60,437 nucleotides of DNA from a virus (Duplodnaviria; Caudoviricetes), in IMG/VR virus record IMGVR_UViG_3300036831_000053, positions 1-60,437 of that record. One strand, 5' to 3'. Shown here piece after piece: positions 47,969 to 57,398 of this stretch (position 1 is the first letter of the stretch; each line of letters begins with the position of its first letter). Below the pieces are notes generated by a model. That model had not been told where the DNA came from, ran no database searches, and saw nothing but the letters and a program-made list of their open reading frames with translations. The position numbers and the translations under genes are program-made.

Positions 47969-49848
47969 CCAAGCGGGCCCGGATCGCGCCGCGCGCCGCC
48001 GACGCTGCGGCCTCGGTCAGCGACGACCTCAATGACAAGGGCGAGTTGCCCTTGTTTTTCAACTGCCTCGCCGTCGAGGGCCTGTCCACCAGTGACGGCC
48101 GCACCATCAAGGCCGGCGCGCTCGGCCACCGCGCACTGCCCTTCTCGATCCTGGCGCAGTACACGAACCCGGGACAGCAGGGCGGCCACGCGGGCGCCGA
48201 GGTCATCGGCCACATGACCGAGCTGTGGCGCAAGCCCGGCCCCGAAGTGGTCAGCCGCGAGACCAACGAGCCGTTCCCCGAGGGCACGTACGTGTGGCAG
48301 GGCCGGGGCGTGGCCGATCCGGAGACGCGCGGCGGCAAGCTGGCCCGCGATCACCACCTGACCGGCAACAGCGTCGACCTGTCGGAGCTGGACTTCACCG
48401 AGGAGTTCGGCGACGACGACAAGCAGAAGATCACCATCACCCAGGGCAAGATCGCGGCCACGACGCTGTGCCCGATCCCCGCGTTCGCCGAGGCGTACGT
48501 GTCCATCGGCGACGACGACGCCGAGTTGACCGCCGACGGCGACCCCGGCGACATCCTGGTCAGCTTCGGTATGGGCCCGTCGCTGGCCGCGTCCCTGGCG
48601 GCCGACTGGACCTACAGCCTGCCGATGTTCCGTGCGGCCGACCTCGGCGACGAATGCGGCATGTGCTCGATCGAAGACGAGGACGCGGCCGACTGGTCCG
48701 AGCTGGCCAACGGCGAGTTCAGTCCCTCGGTGGCCAAGCGCAAGCGGGCCTTCGCGCGCGGCCTGGCCATGAAAGGCGAGAAGGCCGACGGCTCGGACGC
48801 CAGCTACCCGATCGAGAACCAGTCCGACCTCGACAAGGCCGCGCACATGGTCGGTCTCGGCAGCGACAGCAACGGTGCGATTACCGCGCACATCAAGAAG
48901 GCCGCCCGCAAGCTCGGCCTGAAGCTGCCCGCGTCGCTGACCGCAGGTGCGCCGTCGCTACCCTCGATCGCCCTGTTCGCCGATCCGGGCCTGGCCGCGC
49001 CGAGCCCGATCAGCATCGGCGCCTGCCGCGAGGACGGCCGCCGCGAGATCACCGGCCACATCGCGGTCTGGAACACCTGCCACGTGAGCTACAGCGACCG
49101 CTGTGTACGGCCGCCGCACTCGCGCACCGACTACGCCCGCTTCGCCACTGGAGCCGTCCACGTGGACGATGCCGGCACGAGTCGGGTCGCTGCGGTCGGC
49201 CACATCGCGATGAGCCGGGACACGGCGCACGGCGGTCACGCTGACGCCAACATGGGCCTGTCCGACACGGTGGCGTTCTACGACAACCACTGCACGGTGG
49301 CAGCCGATGTCGCGGCCGGCGAGGACGCCCACGGCATCTGGATCCACGGACTCACCCGGCCCGAACTGACCGAGGCCGACGTGCAGGCCCTGCTGGCCAG
49401 TCCGATGTCCGGCGACTGGCGCGGCCATCAGGGCAACCTGGAACTCTGCGCCGTCCTGGCCGTCAACACCCCCGGCTTCCCCGTGCCGCGTTCCCGGGTC
49501 GCCAGCGGTGAACCGGTCAGCCTCGTCGCGGCCGGTCTCCTCAAGCCCGGCGGCGAGTTCGCGGCTGGGCCGCTGTCGATCGCGGCGATCCAGTCGGTCG
49601 TGCAGACCGAGGTGATGAAGGCGTTGCAGGCATTCTTCGATCCGGACAACGACGGTGACATCGACCGGCCGATGGACACCGATGGCGACGCGGCGCCGGC
49701 CACCCAGCACACTCCGGCGAAGGATCAGGGCCAGTCGGGCGGCGATGCTCAGTCGGCGCTGAAGCCGAAGAAGTCGATGGCCGACCGCAAGGCCGACGCG
49801 CTGCTGTCGCTGCGGATGGGCTCGGCGGTCGGTCTGGTACAGCAGTGA
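47965..49848 (+). CDS. Capsid maturation protease-like protein (cluster B-like type) with an inserted domain
   Basis: EG..T.DGR, H.GA.VIG, IAATTL.PIPAF.EA, GHIA.W..CH, GED.HGIW and SGDWR.....LEL.AVLAVN.PGFP motifs. Confidence 0.82.
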   Translation: MTKRARIAPRAADAAASVSDDLNDKGELPLFFNCLAVEGLSTSDGRTIKAGALGHRALPFSILAQYTNPGQQGGHAGAEVIGHMTELWRKPGPEVVSRETNEPFPEGTYVWQGRGVADPETRGGKLARDHHLTGNSVDLSELDFTEEFGDDDKQKITITQGKIAATTLCPIPAFAEAYVSIGDDDAELTADGDPGDILVSFGMGPSLAASLAADWTYSLPMFRAADLGDECGMCSIEDEDAADWSELANGEFSPSVAKRKRAFARGLAMKGEKADGSDASYPIENQSDLDKAAHMVGLGSDSNGAITAHIKKAARKLGLKLPASLTAGAPSLPSIALFADPGLAAPSPISIGACREDGRREITGHIAVWNTCHVSYSDRCVRPPHSRTDYARFATGAVHVDDAGTSRVAAVGHIAMSRDTAHGGHADANMGLSDTVAFYDNHCTVAADVAAGEDAHGIWIHGLTRPELTEADVQALLASPMSGDWRGHQGNLELCAVLAVNTPGFPVPRSRVASGEPVSLVAAGLLKPGGEFAAGPLSIAAIQSVVQTEVMKALQAFFDPDNDGDIDRPMDTDGDAAPATQHTPAKDQGQSGGDAQSALKPKKSMADRKADALLSLRMGSAVGLVQQ

Positions 49849-50210
49849 CCACGCTGACCGCGTCGGCCGTCCAGTTCCTGATCGATGCTCAGGTGGACGG
49901 CCGCGCGCTGGCCGAGGATGGCCTGCCGGTGTTCGACGCCGAGCACCCGATCGGACTGGACAGCTGGCCGACGATGTTCGGCAGCAAGCTGCCCTTTGGA
50001 CCCGGGACCGCGCTCTGGCTATATTGGGTCTCAGGTAAGGGCGCGGCGAAGTGGATGTCCAGCCCTAAGCCCTGGACCACGCTACGTTCGCTTTTGATCA
50101 AGTACGTTGGCCCCAAGGCGGCCGGCCTGACAACCAACATCATGCTGGCATCGCCGCAGGGCCGCGCCCTATTCAAGAAGCACCATCAGGGTGTGGCCCA
50201 TGCCAGGTAG
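49845..50210 (+). CDS. Head-region hypothetical protein
   Basis: L..YW..GKGAAKW...PWT.L...L.KY motif. Confidence 0.6.
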   Translation: MTTLTASAVQFLIDAQVDGRALAEDGLPVFDAEHPIGLDSWPTMFGSKLPFGPGTALWLYWVSGKGAAKWMSSPKPWTTLRSLLIKYVGPKAAGLTTNIMLASPQGRALFKKHHQGVAHAR

Positions 50211-50224
50211 GGCATACTGGACAC

Positions 50225-50671
50225 ATGGAGCGATGCGTCGTGTGTGCGGCCGAGTTCGAGCCGAAGCGCAAGACTTCCGTACTGTGTGGCGACCCGGCAT
50301 GCCGCAGAAGACGCAAGACCGATTGGCAGCTCGCCTGGCAGCTCGACAACGCCAAGAAGCACGCGCAGTACACGAAGATCACACGACAGCGCTGGCCGGA
50401 TCGCCGTCGGGCGAATCGCGCCAGGGAGGCCGGACGCAAGCGAGCCGCAGAGTATGGCTGCGAGCACGAGAACTATTCGGCGGACGACTTGCTGGCACTA
50501 CTTCCGCAGGGTTGCTACGTCTGCGGTGGTCACGACGGGCCAATTGGCTGGGATCATGTTGTGCCGCTCGCCGAGCTGGGGCCAGATGCCCTGCGGAACA
50601 TAAAGCCGTGCCACTGGCATCCGTGCCACACGTCTCTTCATCGTGGTCGGCCACCTATCCGTCGGAGGTAA
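50225..50671 (+). CDS. HNH endonuclease with N-terminal zinc finger
   Basis: C..C..EF, CYVCG, DHVVPL and N..PC...C motifs. Confidence 0.75.
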   Translation: MERCVVCAAEFEPKRKTSVLCGDPACRRRRKTDWQLAWQLDNAKKHAQYTKITRQRWPDRRRANRAREAGRKRAAEYGCEHENYSADDLLALLPQGCYVCGGHDGPIGWDHVVPLAELGPDALRNIKPCHWHPCHTSLHRGRPPIRRR

Positions 50672-50675
50672 GCGC

Positions 50676-51629
50676 ATGAGTACCGTCCAACAGCACCTGT
50701 TCGGCAACGTCGCCAGCCTGGCGCTCTCCGTCGGCGTCTTCCTGGTCGTCCTGCTGCTCGCACGTGGCCCCGGCGCGACGCCCGCGCGCTGGGCGCTGAA
50801 GGTCGGCTGGTTCGTCGTGGGCATCCTCGCACTGGCCAGCATCGTCTTCCGGGCCGTTCTGCTGGTGACGGGCAGCTGACGTGCCACGCCCGTTCCGCCA
50901 CCACTACCGGCTCCAGTCCTCCATGGCTCTGGTGCTGTTGCAGCTGGTAGCGACGGGCCTGCATGTCGTGCCGAGCCTGGTCTACCCGCACACCGCATTG
51001 AAGACGACCCGCGTCGTCGCGGAGATCAACTCGCTCGGCCCGGTCTGGGTACTGCTGTTCGGCGTGACCTCGCTCGGCCTCGGCGCGGCGCTGTGGTGGA
51101 ACCGAGGTGAGACATACGCGCACCTGGCCTGCGCCGGCACCTGGGTGTTCTACGCGACCGGGCTGTGGATCGGCGCCTTCGGTGAGCAGCCACACGGAAC
51201 CATCCTGTTCCCGGTGGTGGCCACCATGACCGTGCTGTTTCATACGATCTTGGCAGCCTCGTACAACGAGGACATCGTGGACGGGGGGAGGCCAAGACCA
51301 TGACGGTGACCGTGCTCGGCCCGACGATCTCGGCCTTGGCGACCCTGCTGTTCCTGATCTTCGCGATCGTGACCTTTCGCGCCCGCCGCGCCGACAAGCG
51401 GGCCGGCAACCTGGCCGCCGTCCGAGAGACCAACGTGGCCGCCATGGGGTGGGCCTACCAGGTCCGCGTGCTCGGCGCCGCGAACGGCTGGCAGCTTCCG
51501 CCACTGCCCAAGGAGATGACCCCCGAGTACCTTGCAGGCAGGGCCGAGGGCGAGACCAATCCTGAGCTGGCCCAACTGGCCCAGTTGGCCGGTCAGCTAC
51601 TGCCCGGAACCGTGCAGGAGAAGCGATGA
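50676..51629 (+). CDS. Three membrane proteins (50676-50879, 50881-51303, 51300-51629), lysis-cassette-like
   Basis: About 2, 4 and 1 hydrophobic segments; coupled to the collagen-like gene. Confidence 0.6.
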
Positions 51630-52507
51630 CCGGAGCGCACACCACCCAGGCCAGCCCGCCGCCCACACCGCGTGGCCGTATCGCCCGCGCGATCCGCCGG
51701 ACACCGGTCGTCCTGTCTCTGTTCATCCTCGGCGGCTTGATCATCCTGCTGCTGATCCCACTGTCGATCTGGTTCACCGCGCGGGCCGAGAACACCCAGA
51801 CCAACCTGGACGCGGCCAACGGCCAGGTGACGGCGGTCAAGTCGCAGGCCGCGCCACTGGCCGGACAGGTCCAGTCCGTATGCGACCAGGGCGGCGCGGG
51901 TGCGACGGCGCTGAACAACGCGGGTGCCTGCACTCAGGCCAGCAAGGTCCAGTCGGCCATCGCTGGTCCAGCCGGTCCGACCGGACCCAGTGGGCAGCCG
52001 GGTGCCAACGGCAGCAACGGACGCGGCATTGCCAGCACGCATCTAGCCAACGGCGATCTGATCGTGGTCTACACCGATGGCACGGCGGACGACGTGGGCA
52101 CGGTGACCGGGCCGCAGGGTGTGCAGGGCAGCAACGGCAAGGACGGCCGGGGTATCACCGGCTCGGCGATCGTCGGCACCGATCTTGTGGTCACCTACTC
52201 GGACGGGACGAGCAGCGACCTGGGCAACGTGGTGGGGCCGCAGGGCACGGCCGGCGCGACAGGCCAGGCGGGCACCAACGGTCAGAACGGCGCCAACGGG
52301 TCGAACGGTGTCGGTGTCTCCTCGGTGGTAGTGAACACCTCGGGTCACATGATCGTCACCTACACCGATGGCACCACGGGTGACGCTGGACCCGTACCGC
52401 AGGCCAATGCCTGCCCGGACGGCAGCGCGCCGAGCACAACCCAGCTGACCGAGCCCAGCGGCCTCTCGACGACCACCGTCAACGGCGTCCTGGTCTGCGG
52501 CTCCTGA
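51626..52507 (+). CDS. Membrane-anchored collagen-like protein
   Basis: N-terminal TM, Gly-X-Y repeats, three GDL.V.Y.DG.T.D.G.V repeats. Confidence 0.78.
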   Translation: MTGAHTTQASPPPTPRGRIARAIRRTPVVLSLFILGGLIILLLIPLSIWFTARAENTQTNLDAANGQVTAVKSQAAPLAGQVQSVCDQGGAGATALNNAGACTQASKVQSAIAGPAGPTGPSGQPGANGSNGRGIASTHLANGDLIVVYTDGTADDVGTVTGPQGVQGSNGKDGRGITGSAIVGTDLVVTYSDGTSSDLGNVVGPQGTAGATGQAGTNGQNGANGSNGVGVSSVVVNTSGHMIVTYTDGTTGDAGPVPQANACPDGSAPSTTQLTEPSGLSTTTVNGVLVCGS

Positions 52508-52559
52508 GCTACCCTCGTGACGGTCCGGCGCGATGCCGGCCAGCGAAGGGAGGGTGAAT

Positions 52560-52868
52560 ATGCCCAAGGAGAAGCTCAACTACGACCGCACCGAGAAGCG
52601 GTTCACTCAGGAGCAGGTCGACAGCGAGCTGACGCAGGTCGGCTACGACGAGCAGCAGCCACTCGTCACGCTGCACTGGAATCCGGACAACTACGCCCAG
52701 TTCAGTGTCGTGGTCGACCGCGCGGCGGCGAAGAAGCTCATGGACGAGGCGGAGCCGCAGGAAGCGACGCTCACGTTCTGGGGGATGCCGATGGAGCGCC
52801 GGGAGATGCAGGAAGCGATCCGGGCACTCAAGCGGGCGCGTAACCAGGTGTTCGGCGCCGACGAGTAG
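52560..52868 (+). CDS. Hypothetical protein
   Basis: GGAGG RBS; C-terminal IRALKRARNQVFGADE motif. Confidence 0.65.
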   Translation: MPKEKLNYDRTEKRFTQEQVDSELTQVGYDEQQPLVTLHWNPDNYAQFSVVVDRAAAKKLMDEAEPQEATLTFWGMPMERREMQEAIRALKRARNQVFGADE

Positions 52869-52928
52869 GCGATTCGCCTGGATCGGGTGCCTCGCTGCTC
52901 GATCCAGGCGAAGTCCCACGTCATAGCT

Positions 52929-52958
52929 CTGTACCCCGCGCCAATCATGGGGTACATT
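52929..52958 (+). promoter_or_regulatory. Palindromic promoter copy 7
   Basis: CTGTACCCC-N11-GGGGTACATT; leaderless ATG at 52965. Confidence 0.82.
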
Positions 52959-52964
52959 GGTCAT

Positions 52965-53548
52965 ATGACGACGTACACCGAAGACCGTGAACTCAGCTTC
53001 GACGAGTGCACCGAACTGGACATCGACGTGATGGAGTTCCAGTTCGTCAACTGCCGCAACGTCATGTTGACCGACCTGACTGGCGACCAGTTGCACCAGC
53101 TCGGCCTCTATCCCGAGCCCAACCGGACCGTCATCGCCGACTGGACCTGCGTCCGCTTCGACTGCTCCGGCACCATCGAGTTCCACCGGCATGCCGAGCG
53201 CAGCAACAAGCCGACGATCCTGTGCTCGGTGCACGGCGAGACCGTGGCCATCCCCGCCGCCCGCTTCCGCAACAAGGACCGGAGCATCTGATCATGAAGC
53301 TGTACACCGTGTGCAACGGCCACTTGAGTCAGTCCGGCATCCGGCAGAAGATGCTGGTCGTGGCCACCAGTCCCGCCGAAGCGATCGACATCGCCGAGCG
53401 GACCGACTGGCCCGACAAGATCACCAGCGACTGGGCCGAGCTGACCGTGGACAAGGGCTCCCGACTCTCCGGTGCGTTCGTGCTCGTTCACGAGCCGTGC
53501 GTCACCTCGATCACCGAGGCCGCGCTGGACACCTGGACCACCAGATGA
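52965..53548 (+). CDS. Two hypothetical proteins (52965-53291, 53294-53548)
   Basis: Consecutive ORFs behind promoter copy 7. Confidence 0.55.
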
Positions 53549-54064
53549 AGGCGCTCGAACTCTGCTGCTGCGCGGGCGGTGCCTCCATGGGGCTCGCCCG
53601 CGCAGGGTTTGAGATGACCGGCGTCGACAGCGAGCCGCAGCCGCGCTACCCGTTCCGTTTCGTCCAGGCCGACGCCTTCGCCTATCTGGCCGAGTACGGC
53701 GCCGAGTACGACCTGATCACCGCGCATCCGCCGTGCCACGACCACACCGACCTCGCCCACCGGGCTGGCCGGGACGGGACCGCCTGGATGCTGCTCACGA
53801 TGCGCACCGCGTTGATCGACCTCGGCGTGCCGTGGATCCTGGAGAACGTCGAGGGCGCGCCGATGGATCCTGACCTGATCCTCTGCGGCACGATGTTCGG
53901 ACTGGGCGCCAATGGGCGCCATCTGCGTCGTCACCGCTGGTTCGAGTCCTCACTGGATGCGCCGGGCCGAGCTGTCGCAGTCGATACCGCCCGCGTACAC
54001 CGAGTACATCGGTCGACACGCGTTCGCCCAGTTGTCGCAGCAAGTGGGTATGTACCCCGCTTGA
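53545..54064 (+). pseudogene. C5 cytosine DNA methyltransferase with internal deletion and frameshift
   Basis: C.AGGASMG, PPC, ENV, LCG.MFGL, RHR.FES in one frame; WM.RAELSQSIPPAYTEYIG follows at once in the +1 frame from 53954. Confidence 0.8.
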
Positions 54065-54079
54065 CCTGTGGGGTACTAT
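54050..54079 (+). promoter_or_regulatory. Palindromic promoter copy 8
   Basis: ATGTACCCC-N11-GGGGTACTAT; leaderless ATG at 54086. Confidence 0.78.
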
Positions 54080-54085
54080 TGCCAC

Positions 54086-54623
54086 ATGAGCGAGGAAATC
54101 ACCGCCAGCGGCATGAAGGACACCACCAACTACGACGAGCTGATCCGCCGCGCGCTGGACGCCGAGTACGCCGCGCGCAACTGGGTCAGCCGCTCGTACC
54201 CCTACCCCGGAACGGACTGACCATGAACGCATCGATCTTGGCCGAGTACGAGTTCGGCAGCGGTCCGGTCTCGCACGCCGCCTGCGGCGACTCGATGCCG
54301 GCGCAGGATGCCACGGTCGAGGAGGCCGTGGCATGGGTGCAGGAGCACGCCCGCGAGTGCGGGAAAGACGACACGGATTGGGGCTGGTAATGAAGATCAC
54401 CGAGCACGAGGTGCCGTCCGGCACGATCCCCATCGAGCGGGTGGACGAGTTTCCCCCGGTGCGGATCTCGCCGGATATGAGGAACGTGGCCATCCGCACG
54501 CATCCGGAGCACGAGTTCCCGTGGCGGGTCAGCAACGGCGGCTGGTACACCGACGCTGCCATGGCGGACTGGCTGATGCTGGAGCTGGACCCCGACTCGA
54601 TCGAGGACGGCTTCGGTCTCTGA
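54086..54623 (+). CDS. Three small hypothetical proteins (54086-54220, 54223-54390, 54390-54623)
   Basis: Consecutive short ORFs with genome-typical codons. Confidence 0.55.
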
Positions 54624-54629
54624 CCGTAC

Positions 54630-54675
54630 GAGAAAGGCCCCCTGCGCTGGATCCGAAGCGCTGGGGGCCTTTCTC
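54630..54675. terminator. Bidirectional terminator-like hairpin
   Basis: GAGAAAGGCCCCC...GGGGGCCTTTCTC between convergent genes. Confidence 0.75.
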
Positions 54676-54761
54676 GGTCCTCCCTGACGGGTTACGTGCT
54701 CTAGGAGCTGCTGCCCAACCGGTCGAACATTGACCACAGTACCCCATGGTCAGGTGGGGCG

Positions 54762-55486
54762 CTAGCCCATCGCGGAGCCGGTCTGCGGCGCGTCGGCCGT
54801 GGTGTCGGCTGCCGGCGCGGTGGTGCTGTCGCCATCAGTGGGCGCCGGAGTCGAGCCGCCATCCGTCGGGGCCGGAGTGCTCGACGTGGACGGCAGCGCG
54901 GCCGACGCGGCGCTGGCCGAGGTGTTCAGAGCGGACGCGGCCGACTGGAGCGCCGCCACCTGCTGCTCGATCTGCTGCGCCGTGGCCGAGGTGTCACCGC
55001 CAGCCGAGACCTGGGCCTGAAGTTGCTGCACCAGCGTGACCAGGTCGGTCACCATCGTCTCGATGCCGGTCGCGGCCGTGCTGATGGTGCCGACGGCATC
55101 GCCGAGGTCGGACATGGCCTGAATGAGGGGATCGGTCATTGCTCTGATCCTTTCGAGGAGGAAGTTTCCGAATCGTCCGAGTTCGGACTGGAGTTCGACG
55201 CGGTCGATGTCGCCACCTCCGGACTGTCGGCCGCCGCCGTCACCGGAGCGGCCTGGGTAGGGTTTGCCGCGCTCGTGGCCGGCTCGTTGAGCACGGGGCT
55301 GGAGACGGACAGGTGGGCGGCCATCTCCAGGTGCTGGATGATCGAGAACAGGACGGGGTGCTCACCGTCCACGAGACCGTTGATCTTCGATGCTGCCTCG
55401 GCGAGCACGGCGTGAACCTTCTCCGCGACCGTGCCTGCCTCGGTGCGCAGCGACTTGAACCGCTGCTCCACGTTGGCGAGTCCCAC
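54762..55486 (-). CDS. Two Ser/Thr/Ala-rich hypothetical proteins (55486-55136, 55139-54762)
   Basis: GGAGG RBS before GTG 55486; ATGA coupling. Confidence 0.6.
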
Positions 55487-55497
55487 TGGACCTCCCG

Positions 55498-55526
55498 TTG
55501 TGTCCCGCTGTGACGCGGGGTACATT
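55498..55526 (+). promoter_or_regulatory. Palindromic promoter copy 9 (at a divergent boundary)
   Basis: TTGTGTCCCGC-N6-GCGGGGTACATT. Confidence 0.78.
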
Positions 55527-55558
55527 TGACAGAACCGAACCTACCCGAAAGAGGTCCC

Positions 55559-56671
55559 ATGCTGCCGTTGATCGTGATCGGTGCGACCGACCGCGTGCGC
55601 GAGATCCTGGAGCCATACGCCGAGGCCGGCCACATCAGCTATCACCCTACGGTCGAAGCTGCCTACCACGCGCTGAGCGATGAGCTGGTGAAGCACAGTC
55701 ACGACACAGCCGCCACCATGACCCCATCCGGCCACTGGCGTGTGCACGTGGCCTACGGGCCAGCCGCCTGGGGTTACCTGACCCGTGGCCAGGTCGGCAC
55801 GGCTGCGGTCACTCCGGCCACACTGCCCGTCGCCGGTCACAAGCTGATCTTCGGTCTTGCCGTGCACGAGCCGCCGCCGGCGATCCGATCCGTCGGTGGC
55901 GAGCCGGAGACCGAGCCCGAGCACACCATGATCTGGACGGCGGCCACCGTCGCCTCGGCCGACCTCGTGGTCGACCTGGAGAACCCGAACGCCATCGAGC
56001 ACCTGATCAACTACCTGAGCTGGAAATCATGATTTGGCTGGCCATCCTGGCGCTGGTGCTCATCGGCGTGCCGGTGACGATCGGCGTACTGGTGGCCCGA
56101 TACATCCACCGGAGGATGCGATGAGCAAGAACCGTGCGAGGACGCGGGCGATCCGCGCACGCATGGCCCAGACCGGCGAGTCCTACACGGCGGCCGCGCG
56201 GGCGCTGGAGCCAAGCGAGCCGATCCGGATCGCCATGGACGAGGAGGCGCATCGACTCGGCGGCATGATCGAGGCCGAGGCACTGCTGAACGCGATGCAG
56301 GAGTCAGCGCGAGTTCGGGAGTCACGGTGACCGGCAAGCCACGGCAGGCACCGACCGAGAGTCGGTGCGAGTTCTGTCACGAGCCGATCCTGTGGGCCGA
56401 GTGGATGCCGAACCCGAACGCTCGGACCCGCAAGGGTGCGCAGTTCGTGCCGATCAATCCCGAACCGTCGGACGACCGGCGGGCGCGGTTGGCGATGACG
56501 AAGCGTGAGGGCGATCGGCCGCTGGTCGGCGAGATGTCGGTGGGCCAGACGGCGGGTTTCCGCGCGGCCGGCAACCCGATCTACATCCCGCACGCGAAGA
56601 CGTGCACCGAGGCGCACGCGCTGATCAAGAAGCTGGCGGCCCGGAACTCGGCCGCTGCGACTTCACGCTAG
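55559..56671 (+). CDS. Four hypothetical proteins (55559-56032, 56029-56124 TM, 56121-56330, 56327-56671 Zn-finger-like)
   Basis: ATGA/GTGA coupling; last has C..C..PI.W and H..TC motifs. Confidence 0.55.
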
Positions 56672-56675
56672 CCAC

Positions 56676-56705
56676 TTGTACCCCGCGCCAGTCGCGGGGT
56701 ACATT
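56676..56705 (+). promoter_or_regulatory. Palindromic promoter copy 10
   Basis: TTGTACCCCGCG-N5-CGCGGGGTACATT; leaderless ATG at 56712. Confidence 0.85.
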
Positions 56706-56711
56706 TGTGTC

Positions 56712-57389
56712 ATGACCACACACCGCAAGCCGAGGCGCCAGCCCGGCAAGCTCGCACTCAGCGCCATCGTGCTGACCGGGACCGTGGTGGGCGGCGGAGT
56801 ACTCGGCTGGATCGCGGCATCGGAGGCACCATGGAACAGCGGATCCGCTGCTACATCAGCGACGACAACCAGCGGACAGTCCTCTCCTGCTGCCCCTGCA
56901 CCTGCCACACCGACTACCAGCAGCCCGACCGGATCGTTCCCCCGCAGCTCCACCACTGGGCCGACCACAACGGGATCAGCTGCGACGACTGGGTCAACGC
57001 CCGGTTCGTCCTCGAAGGCGCCCAGGTCGACCTCCACCGTCGCGCCGTTGCCCTCCAGCTCCAGCGGCTCGAACTCGAACGCGGGAGCACGCGCGGCCAC
57101 TCGGTCAGTCGGGTCTTCATCGACGATCGTGAAGTCGGGGTCGGACCAGTCACCTGGGAGTGAGGCCAACGACCCGGGTCAGACCTATCCGGCGCCGACG
57201 GCCATCACCTGCATCCCGCCTGCTGGCTGGCCCGTGGGCGTCTACTACATCTGCTCCGGCACTCCGCAGGCCGCGCCGTCGGTTCCGGCCGCCAGCGACT
57301 GCACGGGCACCGGGACGCAGTGCTTGAACAACTTGACCGGTGACCCGATCGACGTACCCGAACCAGGCTTGAACCCGAACAACCAGTAG
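56712..57389 (+). CDS. Membrane-anchored or secreted Ser/Thr/Pro-rich protein
   Basis: Basic N-terminus plus TM, long low-complexity linker, Cys-containing C-terminus. Confidence 0.6.
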   Translation: MTTHRKPRRQPGKLALSAIVLTGTVVGGGVLGWIAASEAPWNSGSAATSATTTSGQSSPAAPAPATPTTSSPTGSFPRSSTTGPTTTGSAATTGSTPGSSSKAPRSTSTVAPLPSSSSGSNSNAGARAATRSVGSSSTIVKSGSDQSPGSEANDPGQTYPAPTAITCIPPAGWPVGVYYICSGTPQAAPSVPAASDCTGTGTQCLNNLTGDPIDVPEPGLNPNNQ

Positions 57390-57398
57390 GAGCGCGAT

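Noticed and set aside
53191-54390. 399-aa ORF as an intact long methyltransferase
   Set aside because: It is read-through after the frameshift and overlaps a promoter and several better-supported small genes
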